Notes under the pieces: model-generated
What the model saw: only the letters and a program-made list of their open reading frames with translations
What the model was told of the DNA's origin: nothing
The model's database searches: none
Source of the DNA: an uncultured virus (IMG/VR IMGVR_UViG_3300029309_000019)
Lineage: Duplodnaviria > Heunggongvirae > Uroviricota > Caudoviricetes
Virus record (IMG/VR): IMGVR_UViG_3300029309_000019
Coordinates: 1-64,000 of that record
Strand: one strand, 5' to 3'
DNA: 64,000 nucleotides
Made by a program: the position numbers and the translations under genes
In this document: piece by piece, positions 14,088 through 23,589 of the stretch
How positions within the stretch are numbered: position 1 is the stretch's first letter
Layout: each line of letters opens with the position of its first letter

Positions 14088-16371
14088 TAAAAAACAAAGC
14101 AATTACGGATACCCTAGTCCTTTTGCTTCAGATGAAACAAAATTAAATAAGCAATATGGATTGACTTATTTTTCAAGAATGTATAGAGAGTGGGCTGGAA
14201 AAGATTCTGTTATTCTTCATCAAAAAAGAAGAAGACTTACAGAGCAAAGAGCTTATGCTGAAGGACTTCAATCTACTACTAAGTATAAAGATTTAATGAA
14301 CAAAAGCGGAGATGATTCTTATCTTAATTTAGATTGGAGCATAGTACCTATAGTGCCTAAGTTTGTAGATATTATAGTAGGAAGCATGACTAATCAAGAT
14401 TATAAAGTTTCTTGTACAGCAATAGACCCTATATCTACTCAAAAAAGAAAAGATGATAAGTTAGACCTTCTAGTTCAAATGATGACTAAAGATTTTACAG
14501 AAGAGCTTTCTGATATAACTGGTTTACCATTAGGTCCTCAAGAAGATGTGCCAGAAACTAAAGAAGAATTAGAGCTTTTTATGGAGCTTAATTATAAGCA
14601 GGCTACTGAAATAGCTATGGAACAAGGTATAGATTTAGCTTTTACATTAAATGATTTTAAGGAAATATCTAGAAGAATTATTAGGGATTTAGTTGTTGTT
14701 GGTACTGCCGCATGTAAAACATTTTTAAATCATGATGGTATAAATATAAGATATGTAGACCCAGAGTATTTAGTAACATCGTATTCAAGTCGACCAGATT
14801 ATAAAGATATTGTTCATGCTGGAGAAATAATAAAAGTCTCATTGCTTGATTTAAAAAGAATGGCTGGAGATGAATTCACAGAAGATGAATATAGACAGAT
14901 AGCAGAAGCTTATTTAGGAAGGAATAACAATCCTTCTAAACTTAGTAAGGCTTCATACTATGTTGATGGAATGGAAATGTATGACTATGATAAATATCTT
15001 ATAGATATTATGGACGCAGAATTTAAGTCTATATCAGATATTCATTTCGAGAAAAAACAAACACAGTATGGTACAAGCACTGTAAATAAAAAGAAAAAAG
15101 GGTATAAGCCACCTAAAAATTCTAAATTTAAAAGACAGCAAATAAAGCCTGAGTTTGAAGTTTGGTATACTGGTAAATATATTATAGGAACAGATTATAT
15201 ATTTGACTATGGTGTAAAACAAAATATGTTAAGACCAAAAAGTAATTTAACACGTTCTATGTGTGCATATAATGTTTATACACCACACATGTATAACATG
15301 AATAACAAATCTTTAGTTGAAAGAATGATGCCTTTTGCAGACCAAATTCAGCTTATACATCTAAAAATGCAACAACTTATAGCCAAAACAAGACCAAAAG
15401 GTATGGCTATAGAGTTAGGCTCTATAGAAGGTGTTACAAAAGGTGATGGCAATACTTTTACTCCTTTAGAAATACAGGATGTTTATGAACAAACTGGTAA
15501 CCTTTATTTTAGAACGTTAGATGATGGTGGTACTGCTACAGGTAGCCCTAGACCAGTTCAAGAACTTTCAGGTGGTATTGGTGGCGCTTTGCAAGAGTTA
15601 ATACTTTCATACAGGTATAATGTTGAAAGACTTAGAGAAGTCACTGGTATTAATGAAGTAAGAGAGGGTTCTGCTCCAAACAAAGAATCTTTAGTAGGTG
15701 TTCAAAAAATGGCTTTACTAGCTTCTAATAATGCAACTAGATTTATAAACGATGCGTATGTTAATATAATGGAAAGAACTGCGTTTTCATCATCTTTAGC
15801 TTTACAAGATTTAGTTCAATACAAAGGCCCTTACACTGGTTATATTGATGCTTTAGGTGAAACAACTTTAAAAGTAGTAGATATAGGTAAAGATATTACA
15901 TTGCATGATTTTGGCATAAAAGTACAAGCTTTACCAGATGAAGAAGAAAAAGCTATGTTAGAGCAAAATATTCAACAGTCTTTAGCTCAAAAAGAATTAA
16001 GACTTGAAGATGCTATAATGGTTAGAAATATAAATAATATAAAACTTGCCAATCAGTTATTAATTTTAAGGAGAAAAAAGTACGCTCAAGAGCAATCAGA
16101 AAAAGCTCAAAGAGAAATGCAAATGAACTCTCAGGTTCAACAAGAATCTGCTATGGCTGCAGCTCAATCACAAGCTCAAATAGAGCAAATGAAACAACAA
16201 GCTGAAGCACAAAAATTAGAAATAGAGTATAGGTTGAAAGAAGAGTTTGCTCAAGCTGAGCACCAAAGAAAAATAGAAGAAATAAAATTGCAAGGTGATA
16301 TTAAAACTGAACATATAGAAACTGCATCAAGTGATATAGATTCAGATTTAACAAGAATTAGGAAAAGATAA
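14080..16371 (+). CDS. Portal protein
   Basis: Directly after TerL; LNLDW..VPI.PKFVDI and REVTGINE.R.G motifs; Gln-rich coiled-coil C-terminus. Confidence 0.88.
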   Translation: MSNKKQSNYGYPSPFASDETKLNKQYGLTYFSRMYREWAGKDSVILHQKRRRLTEQRAYAEGLQSTTKYKDLMNKSGDDSYLNLDWSIVPIVPKFVDIIVGSMTNQDYKVSCTAIDPISTQKRKDDKLDLLVQMMTKDFTEELSDITGLPLGPQEDVPETKEELELFMELNYKQATEIAMEQGIDLAFTLNDFKEISRRIIRDLVVVGTAACKTFLNHDGINIRYVDPEYLVTSYSSRPDYKDIVHAGEIIKVSLLDLKRMAGDEFTEDEYRQIAEAYLGRNNNPSKLSKASYYVDGMEMYDYDKYLIDIMDAEFKSISDIHFEKKQTQYGTSTVNKKKKGYKPPKNSKFKRQQIKPEFEVWYTGKYIIGTDYIFDYGVKQNMLRPKSNLTRSMCAYNVYTPHMYNMNNKSLVERMMPFADQIQLIHLKMQQLIAKTRPKGMAIELGSIEGVTKGDGNTFTPLEIQDVYEQTGNLYFRTLDDGGTATGSPRPVQELSGGIGGALQELILSYRYNVERLREVTGINEVREGSAPNKESLVGVQKMALLASNNATRFINDAYVNIMERTAFSSSLALQDLVQYKGPYTGYIDALGETTLKVVDIGKDITLHDFGIKVQALPDEEEKAMLEQNIQQSLAQKELRLEDAIMVRNINNIKLANQLLILRRKKYAQEQSEKAQREMQMNSQVQQESAMAAAQSQAQIEQMKQQAEAQKLEIEYRLKEEFAQAEHQRKIEEIKLQGDIKTEHIETASSDIDSDLTRIRKR

Positions 16372-16381
16372 TTTTTTTTAA

Positions 16382-16389
16382 TACATTTG
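16382..16389 (+). promoter_or_regulatory. -7 promoter element upstream of the scaffold gene
   Basis: TACATTTG in the intergenic gap; no clear -33 element. Confidence 0.5.
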
Positions 16390-16415
16390 CAATTAGGTTT
16401 AATTTAATTTAAGAT

Positions 16416-17534
16416 ATGGAAAATAAAGACATTGCAGCATCTTTAGGATACAAGCTGGCTAATTCAGAAGAAAAAACAGAAGAAAAAGTTAGTGAAGTAA
16501 AAGAAGAGGCTGTCGAGGAAAAAAAAGAAACTCCTTCTGCTGAGGAGACGAAAGAACCAGCAGAAAGTTCTTTAGATATTAAAGAAGAGGATAATACTTC
16601 TACAGAAGAAACTACTGAAGAGGTTGTATCACAGGATTTTGATACCATGTTAAGCGAAAGGTTTGAGGGTAAATATAAATCTATTGAGGAACTGAAAGAT
16701 GCATTGGAAGCTAAGCCTGAGACTAAGGAAGAGCAAAAGTATGAAGACGAAAGGTTAAATACTTTACTTGAATTTATGAATAAGGGTGGACGTATGGAAG
16801 ATTTTCTTTCAACTCAACTCACTAACTATGATGAAATGTCTGATGTAGACCTAATTAAAGCTGAATTAAAAGCTTTAGATAGTGATTTAACAGATGAAGA
16901 CATTAATTTATTATTTAGTGATAGATACAAACTTGACGAAGAAGAATTTGAAGAAGACCAAATAAAGTTGTCCAAGCTTAAGTTAAGACGTGATGCAAAA
17001 GAAGCTAAGCGTAAACTTGTTGAAGAGCAAAAAAAGTATTTAGTGCCTGAACAAAAAGAGGAAGTGAAGCAAGAAGCTCCAAAAGAGGAGCCTAAAGTGG
17101 AAGATGAAATGCTATCAAAACAGGAACTGGAAAAAAGAAACCAGCAATGGATTCAAACAGTTAATGAAGCAACCTCTAAATCAGAGCCTATCAAGTTTAA
17201 CTTAAATGATAATGGCCAATCATTTGACTACACAGTTAATGAAGAGTCTATGTCAAAGGTTAAGGTAGATATGTCTGATTTATCAAAGTTCTGGAATAGA
17301 TACATAAAAGAAGATGGAACTAATGATATTGAAAAGCTTAAAAAAGATTTTATAATACTAAATAATTATGAAAACATTTTGAAAGCAGCTTATTCACAGT
17401 TTCGTTCAGATGGAAGAGAAGATGTTTTAAAAGACATTAAAAATCCATCATTTGACCCATCTTCAAAAAGTACCGCTGAAAATAAAAAATCTTTATATTC
17501 ACAAATTTATGATGCTTGGAGTAAAGGAAATTAA
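16416..17534 (+). CDS. Putative scaffold protein
   Basis: Very acidic, helical, lies between portal and MCP. Confidence 0.75.
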   Translation: MENKDIAASLGYKLANSEEKTEEKVSEVKEEAVEEKKETPSAEETKEPAESSLDIKEEDNTSTEETTEEVVSQDFDTMLSERFEGKYKSIEELKDALEAKPETKEEQKYEDERLNTLLEFMNKGGRMEDFLSTQLTNYDEMSDVDLIKAELKALDSDLTDEDINLLFSDRYKLDEEEFEEDQIKLSKLKLRRDAKEAKRKLVEEQKKYLVPEQKEEVKQEAPKEEPKVEDEMLSKQELEKRNQQWIQTVNEATSKSEPIKFNLNDNGQSFDYTVNEESMSKVKVDMSDLSKFWNRYIKEDGTNDIEKLKKDFIILNNYENILKAAYSQFRSDGREDVLKDIKNPSFDPSSKSTAENKKSLYSQIYDAWSKGN

Positions 17535-17556
17535 TAATATTTTAAATTTATAAAAA

Positions 17557-19044
17557 ATGCCAACATTTACAGGTGGTGGTATACCTAGCGCATTGCAGGT
17601 AGCCACACTACAAAACTATGTATCTTCAACAAACTTCCACGCTGGTTTGTCTATTCACGAGCCAGACGTATCTGAAGACTTTGTTAAAAGATATGGAAAT
17701 CAAGGTATCACTGGATTCCTTGATATGATTAGCGCAAAAGCGCCAGTCGCACAAAAAGAGTACTATCACTATGAAGAGGACTTTATTCACCAGAACGTAA
17801 CAGTTACTGCTGAAAACACTGGTTTAGCTTCAACTGATGGACGAGAGTATGCTTTAAATGTCGCTTCTGATGAAGTTATTGGAGCTATTGATGGCGGTGA
17901 TAACGCTGCTGACGTATCTTGCCCATTACGTATTGGTAATATTGTACAAAATCACTATGGCGAAACAGGTGTTGTTGTTGCTATCTTTGGTGGTAAGTAC
18001 GGTAACGCTGGTACATTTATGGACGGATATGCTACTGGTGTAACTGGTGGTACGGCTGCTGCTAACGACCAAATCGTGTTCCACGTATTAAGCTATGACG
18101 GTACAATCATGACTGCTCCAGCTAACGGTGACACTCTTATCATTATTGGTATGGAGTTTGCTGAAGCTACAGGACAGCCAAGTGGATTGACTCCTCAAGT
18201 TATCGAGTACAAAAATAACACAATGATTATGAAAGAATCATACCGTGTTTCTGGTTCTGAAGCTACAAACAAAATTTGGTTTGAGGTTGAAGACGAGTCA
18301 ACAGGTCAGCGTGGTTATTTATGGTACCTAAAAGGTGAAGGAGATACTTACAAAAGATTTATGGATTATTGTGAAATGCAAATGTTATTGGGTAACCAAG
18401 CTGATGCAGCCGCAGAAATTTCAACTTCTACAAATCTTAAAGGTAGCGAAGGTCTTATTCCTTTTATCCGTAACAACGGTAACACTCATAACTACAACCA
18501 ACTAGGCGGTTTCAACTTAGGTGACTTTGATGCTATGATTCGTACATTAGACAGATTTAGAGGTTCTCGTGAGAACACTATTTTTGCTGGTATTGATTTA
18601 TCATTAGCTATTGATGATGCTGTTGCAGCTATGTTTGCAGGTGGTGGTATTTCTTACGGTGCTTTCAACGGTGCTGAAGAAATCGCTGTAGCAATGGGCT
18701 TCAAATCATTCATGAGAGGTGGATATGTATTCCACAAGAAAACTTATGAAGCGCTTTCTCACTTCCCAATGTTGGGTGCTGCTAATTTTGAGTATCCAGG
18801 AATGGGTATTGTAATCCCAGGTGATAATGGAAAAGACGCTCGTACAGGTGATAACATTCCTTCTTTACGTATTCGATACAAAGAAGCTGGAGGTTATTCT
18901 CGTGAGATGGAGCACTGGTTAACTGGTTCTGCTGGTTTAGAGCAAGCTACATCAGAGGTTGACGAATTACGTTGCCACTATAGAACTGAAAGAGGATTTG
19001 AAGGATTCGCTCCTAACAGATTCTTCTTGATAGAAAGAGTATAA
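17557..19044 (+). CDS. Major capsid protein
   Basis: Position after scaffold, highly expressed codon style, GYLWYLKG..D...RF..Y.EM and G.EGL motifs, followed by a terminator. Confidence 0.88.
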   Translation: MPTFTGGGIPSALQVATLQNYVSSTNFHAGLSIHEPDVSEDFVKRYGNQGITGFLDMISAKAPVAQKEYYHYEEDFIHQNVTVTAENTGLASTDGREYALNVASDEVIGAIDGGDNAADVSCPLRIGNIVQNHYGETGVVVAIFGGKYGNAGTFMDGYATGVTGGTAAANDQIVFHVLSYDGTIMTAPANGDTLIIIGMEFAEATGQPSGLTPQVIEYKNNTMIMKESYRVSGSEATNKIWFEVEDESTGQRGYLWYLKGEGDTYKRFMDYCEMQMLLGNQADAAAEISTSTNLKGSEGLIPFIRNNGNTHNYNQLGGFNLGDFDAMIRTLDRFRGSRENTIFAGIDLSLAIDDAVAAMFAGGGISYGAFNGAEEIAVAMGFKSFMRGGYVFHKKTYEALSHFPMLGAANFEYPGMGIVIPGDNGKDARTGDNIPSLRIRYKEAGGYSREMEHWLTGSAGLEQATSEVDELRCHYRTERGFEGFAPNRFFLIERV

Positions 19045-19059
19045 TTACTCAATATATTT

Positions 19060-19088
19060 GGAGGGGGTTTATCCCCCCTCCTTTTTTT
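19060..19088 (+). terminator. Intrinsic terminator after MCP
   Basis: GGAGGGGG-TTTATC-CCCCCTCC-TTTTTTT. Confidence 0.85.
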
Positions 19089-19109
19089 ATTTAATTTAAT
19101 TTTAGAAAG

Positions 19110-19967
19110 ATGAAAAGAACAAGAAAGCCTAATACTTACAGGCTAACAAGCGTAAGTAAATCGTCCTCGTATGCAGGACAAAGAAATACAGTAACATACC
19201 GTGTTCCATCAATAGATGAAATATACGACCCTGAAACTAATAAAAATAGACTTATTAGATATGTTGCTGGAGAATCATCCATATTTGCTGATGAGCAAAC
19301 AACTGAAAAGCCTTTACTACAAGATATTGTTTTTCAAGGAGGCGTTCTTAGTGTCAGGCCTGAATCTGCAACATTAATAACTTATTTAGAAACATGCAAT
19401 TATAATCAAGATAACCCTAATAGAAGAAGTGGTAAAAAAATGTTATTCTATAAGGTTGATATTGAGTCAAATGCTGAAGAAAGAGTTTATGATGAAGAGA
19501 CATCAATCCATGCATCATATATGGCATCTACTATGGACCCTCAAAAACTTGTAGGATATGCAAGAGCTATAGGTATTAATATAGATAGAAGTATGTATGA
19601 GATAAAGTGGGATATGATTAATTATGCTAAAACTGACCCTCAGTCATTTATAGAGGGTATGGATGACCCTAAAACAGAAAGAATGCAAGTTATTATGGAT
19701 GCTGAAGAATCAAACATAATAACATTTTCTGGCAGAAGAAATGAAGTTAACTGGATTTTAGGAAGCACAAAGCCTACTATTATTCATACACCAGTAGGTG
19801 TAGATAAGCGTCAGTTCTTTGTTGACTGGACATTTGAAAATGAAGGAGAGGTTGTTTATCAAGAGTTGCTAAGAAAACTTGGAGTTCTTGACAGTGATGA
19901 AGAACCAGAAGATGAAGCTTTAGCAATATCTAAACCCAAAGCTAAAAGCAAAGCAAAAAAGAAGTAA
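19110..19967 (+). CDS. Conserved virion-module protein (285 aa)
   Basis: R.IRY...E.SIF.DEQ...I.F..G.L.V motif; position right after MCP, as in crAss-like modules. Confidence 0.8.
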   Translation: MKRTRKPNTYRLTSVSKSSSYAGQRNTVTYRVPSIDEIYDPETNKNRLIRYVAGESSIFADEQTTEKPLLQDIVFQGGVLSVRPESATLITYLETCNYNQDNPNRRSGKKMLFYKVDIESNAEERVYDEETSIHASYMASTMDPQKLVGYARAIGINIDRSMYEIKWDMINYAKTDPQSFIEGMDDPKTERMQVIMDAEESNIITFSGRRNEVNWILGSTKPTIIHTPVGVDKRQFFVDWTFENEGEVVYQELLRKLGVLDSDEEPEDEALAISKPKAKSKAKKK

Positions 19968-19985
19968 TTATAACTTCACATGATT

Positions 19986-20011
19986 AAAGGGCGGCCATTG
20001 GTCGCCTTTTT
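19986..20011 (+). terminator. Intrinsic terminator
   Basis: AAAGGGCGGCC-ATT-GGTCGCCTTTTT. Confidence 0.8.
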
Positions 20012-20012
20012 A

Positions 20013-20044
20013 TTTGAATGTAATCACTATATTTAGTATATTTG
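20013..20044 (+). promoter_or_regulatory. Bacteroidota primary-sigma promoter
   Basis: TTTG-N20-TATATTTG upstream of the ATG at 20064. Confidence 0.8.
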
Positions 20045-20063
20045 TATTTGATATTTATTATAG

Positions 20064-20969
20064 ATGGCTGTTAACAACGGATTAGATATACAATTTTATG
20101 ATGACCCTGTTTTTCAGGAGCAAGTTGGTTTGTTTATTAAAATGACAAACTCTACTGCTAGTGTGGCTATAACATTACCTAATGGTAATATATACACTCA
20201 GCCAGAAACAACAGATGCTTATATAGCTGTAAATATACCTGAAATTACCTTAGAAACAGGTATGCCTACTGGTATTTATACATTTTCTGTAACAGATGTT
20301 GATGGTGACACAAGTATAACAAAATTTAACTATACTGGCATCACAGTACCAACATTTAATGTTACTACTGATGTAAATTGTGTTCTATCAGAGCTTGTTG
20401 TTCAAGAAAGTACAAATTTTCAAATAACATACAGCGGTACAGATATTAATGCAACATTTGTAAATCCTTTATTGTTTGCGGTATTACATCAAAGCGGTGA
20501 TAATATAAATTGTGGTTCTACTAAATTTGAAATTGAAGACCCAATAGCTACAGATGAAACTCAAACAATAAGTCCTATATGTATAGGGGCTTATAATATT
20601 CTTGTTGACACTTATGATGCATTTTATCCTATACAAATAGAAACAGAAACAGGCTCTACTATTACAACTGCAACTGACATACAATTATATATAGGTTTAA
20701 ATACAAATATAAATCAAGTTATAGTTGATTGTAATGCTAAACTTTGTTCTTTTCTTTGTTGTATAAAGTCATTATATAAAAAATATAATCAATTTATTGA
20801 GGAGGGAAATAAAGAGCTTGTAGATGAGTTTTATGATAAATTAATGAGAGTAATGCAGATAACAAGATTAGCCAAAAGAGCATTGTTATGTGGAAAAAGT
20901 TCTGATTTTGAATCATACTCAATGCAGATAGGAGAAATAACTGAATGTATGGATTGTTTAAATTGTTAA
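20064..20969 (+). CDS. Structural protein with Cys-rich C-terminal domain (301 aa)
   Basis: Beta-rich N-terminus; C-terminus C..LCCIKSLYKKY...EITECMDCLNC. Confidence 0.8.
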   Translation: MAVNNGLDIQFYDDPVFQEQVGLFIKMTNSTASVAITLPNGNIYTQPETTDAYIAVNIPEITLETGMPTGIYTFSVTDVDGDTSITKFNYTGITVPTFNVTTDVNCVLSELVVQESTNFQITYSGTDINATFVNPLLFAVLHQSGDNINCGSTKFEIEDPIATDETQTISPICIGAYNILVDTYDAFYPIQIETETGSTITTATDIQLYIGLNTNINQVIVDCNAKLCSFLCCIKSLYKKYNQFIEEGNKELVDEFYDKLMRVMQITRLAKRALLCGKSSDFESYSMQIGEITECMDCLNC

Positions 20970-20972
20970 TGT

Positions 20973-21272
20973 ATGCCTAATTTATTAAGTGTAGACTGTG
21001 GATTATATGACTGTGTTCATTCTTTTTATCAAAAGTATCTTAATGTTAGAGGTACAAATAGTTTTAAAGAATCAAAATATTATGCAGAAATGATTCATGT
21101 TAATATCTTACTAGAGCTAATTGACTTAACAGTTGATTGCATGGGAGACTCTCAAGTAGATGAAGATGATGCAGATATGGTTGCAGATTTAGACACATAC
21201 ATTTCAAAAATAGAAGAAATAACTGGATGTGAACCTTGTTGTGATGAAGGAGATACTTCATCTGATGGTTAA
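20973..21272 (+). CDS. Stand-alone Cys-rich domain protein (99 aa)
   Basis: C.LYDC...FYQKY...IEEITGCEPCC; paralogous to the C-termini of both neighbours. Confidence 0.8.
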   Translation: MPNLLSVDCGLYDCVHSFYQKYLNVRGTNSFKESKYYAEMIHVNILLELIDLTVDCMGDSQVDEDDADMVADLDTYISKIEEITGCEPCCDEGDTSSDG

Positions 21273-21281
21273 TAATTAATT

Positions 21282-22904
21282 ATGGGATACGGTTTAAAAA
21301 TAGAAATTCAAGGCGCTAATAATTATGTAGGCCCATTTCAAGTTCCACTTCTTGGAACTGAAGTTGATTCTATAACTTATACTGCAAAAGTTACAAAGAC
21401 TACTGATGATACAGATAGTGCGGCTCAACAAACAACTTTTGCTGATATGCCTATTTACTTAAAGCCTGTTTACGGAACTGATTATATAGCTTTTGATTTG
21501 CGAAATAATCCTCAAAATACTTTTGATGCTTTTGGAGTTGGTAATCATGCTGGACTAGGAGATGCTTTTTATAACGTTATAAATTTATCTGACGGACAAT
21601 CTTTTGTAACTATAAGTGGAGAAAACTACATTGAAGTTGCTAAGCATAGTGACTATCCAGGAATATTAGGCGCTGTACACAATGAAGACCCCGCTAATAG
21701 CAAGTTTGATATTTTAAGCGTTTCTAGTAATAATGTAGGTGTTGCAGACATTATAGGGGCACAAGCTTGGACTAATGCCGTATATATGCAAGTTTTTATA
21801 GGTGAGGTTTTAGATGAAGTTACATACTCTAGCACCAATCATTTAGGTGATTTTTTAATGGCTAATAGAGCTTATAATTGGACAAATGCACAAGGAGATG
21901 TGTTAATAGATTGTATTCAAGATACATGCACTTGGGACAGACCTTCTCTGTTAAATGCAGATATAAGTGGATTTGCGTTTCCAAATTTTGTTCAACAATC
22001 ATTAGATGCTGGATTAGACATTATGTCGTATAGAAACACTCAGTACAACCCTTCTGGAGGTTTTGATGATGATATAGGTTATAGTTTGGGTAACAATACT
22101 TCGAGTTTCTTTTCCTACGAAAGATACAACACTACTTTTCCTTCATTAGAAAATGCTGGGGGAGAAATATTGCTTCAAAATGAAATTACTGTTACACCTC
22201 CAGGAGGAAGCCCTCCAGAAGTAATAGCTGGCATAATAATACCTGATGACGGTGTTTCTAATTTATTTGCCAGCCCATTAGCTGATGGAGTTTGGACAAG
22301 TAATTTATCAAGAGAACAACCTATTTCATATAACCCTGGAAGCCAAGCAGCTGGGTCTGGTTATAGTGGTGCTGCTTTTTTTCTACCAAATGAATTAATT
22401 ATTGATAGTGTTGGAGATAATGCAGCAGCTGCCTTAAATGTAAATGGTGTGCAGTTCAATATGGACCCAGTAATAGACAACAATGAGCTTTATAATTTAT
22501 ATGATGGAAATTATTTTGATGAAATAAGTTATGTAAACAATGCAATAGACTACGATATAATGAATATTGGTCTTTTAGGAAAAAATGAAACCTTTGAAAT
22601 AAATTGTGAAATAGAGGGGACTGTTTTAACTTATGAAGCACCACTAGTAGCTGGGACTGTTTTTGGTGATATTGTTTGCGAACTTTTATGTTGCTTAAAA
22701 AAATTAGAAAGTAGATACCAAAGTAATAGATTAATAAATCCAAGAATTGCAGCTATAGATAAAAGAAAGCTAGATGAAGCAATGGTATTGGTTGGCCTTT
22801 TTGAATGGGCTATAAAATGTAATGCAAAAGAAGAAAAAATAAATAAATATTATAAAAATATCTTAAGCGTAACTGGATGCACTGATTGCGCTGGATGCGA
22901 TTAA
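21282..22904 (+). CDS. Structural protein with Cys-rich C-terminal domain (540 aa)
   Basis: C-terminus CELLCCLKKLESRY...ILSVTGCTDCAGCD. Confidence 0.8.
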   Translation: MGYGLKIEIQGANNYVGPFQVPLLGTEVDSITYTAKVTKTTDDTDSAAQQTTFADMPIYLKPVYGTDYIAFDLRNNPQNTFDAFGVGNHAGLGDAFYNVINLSDGQSFVTISGENYIEVAKHSDYPGILGAVHNEDPANSKFDILSVSSNNVGVADIIGAQAWTNAVYMQVFIGEVLDEVTYSSTNHLGDFLMANRAYNWTNAQGDVLIDCIQDTCTWDRPSLLNADISGFAFPNFVQQSLDAGLDIMSYRNTQYNPSGGFDDDIGYSLGNNTSSFFSYERYNTTFPSLENAGGEILLQNEITVTPPGGSPPEVIAGIIIPDDGVSNLFASPLADGVWTSNLSREQPISYNPGSQAAGSGYSGAAFFLPNELIIDSVGDNAAAALNVNGVQFNMDPVIDNNELYNLYDGNYFDEISYVNNAIDYDIMNIGLLGKNETFEINCEIEGTVLTYEAPLVAGTVFGDIVCELLCCLKKLESRYQSNRLINPRIAAIDKRKLDEAMVLVGLFEWAIKCNAKEEKINKYYKNILSVTGCTDCAGCD

Positions 22905-22914
22905 AAATAAAATT

Positions 22915-23577
22915 ATGGCACAAGTAGTAACACCATTTAATAATGCACAAGGTCAACATGTAAAAGTTGAGCCTGGAAACGGAACGACTGTTTCTGTAAC
23001 TGGCACTGGAACTTTAAGCAATCCTTTTGTTTATAAAGTATCAATTCCTCAGAGTACAACCAAGGGGGTAGCGGCTAATACACAATCTTTTGCTAGAAAC
23101 TCAAAACTAATAGGAGAATTAAGAGCTAAAATTGAAAACTTACAAAAAGTTTCACATAGACAGGCTGCTGAAAAGTATTGTTTTTATGTAGACCTATCTG
23201 TTTCTGGAACAAGTCACACATTAACTCAGACTGAAATAGAATCAGTTACAAACCGTAGTCTTACTGGATACAAAACTCCTACAATAGCTTCTGCTGATAC
23301 TGCTGTTGGCGTAAACAATAAGTATGATGTAAGTGCTTTTATGACTAACAGTCACACTTCATATAGCGTTAATGCATATGTAAAAAATAGAACAGATACA
23401 ACTAATTACCAAAGAGAACTTAACCAATATGATGTTGAGTGCTTTGCTCAAGCATCTGGTAGTTTTAGCTTTAGAATTATAGGAGACCAAGATGGTCTAA
23501 GAGGGATACCATTAGCAAATAATCAACTAGATGGTTTATCTTTAAGAATATATATAGAAATTGAAGGAACAAGATAA
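22915..23577 (+). CDS. Putative tail fibre/appendage protein (220 aa)
   Basis: V.VTGTGT..NPFV motif, short coiled coil, beta-rich C-terminus. Confidence 0.65.
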   Translation: MAQVVTPFNNAQGQHVKVEPGNGTTVSVTGTGTLSNPFVYKVSIPQSTTKGVAANTQSFARNSKLIGELRAKIENLQKVSHRQAAEKYCFYVDLSVSGTSHTLTQTEIESVTNRSLTGYKTPTIASADTAVGVNNKYDVSAFMTNSHTSYSVNAYVKNRTDTTNYQRELNQYDVECFAQASGSFSFRIIGDQDGLRGIPLANNQLDGLSLRIYIEIEGTR

Positions 23578-23589
23578 TAATTATAAAAA

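Noticed and set aside
19053..19060. TATATTTG after MCP as a promoter
   Set aside because: No correctly spaced -33 element, and it runs straight into the terminator hairpin.
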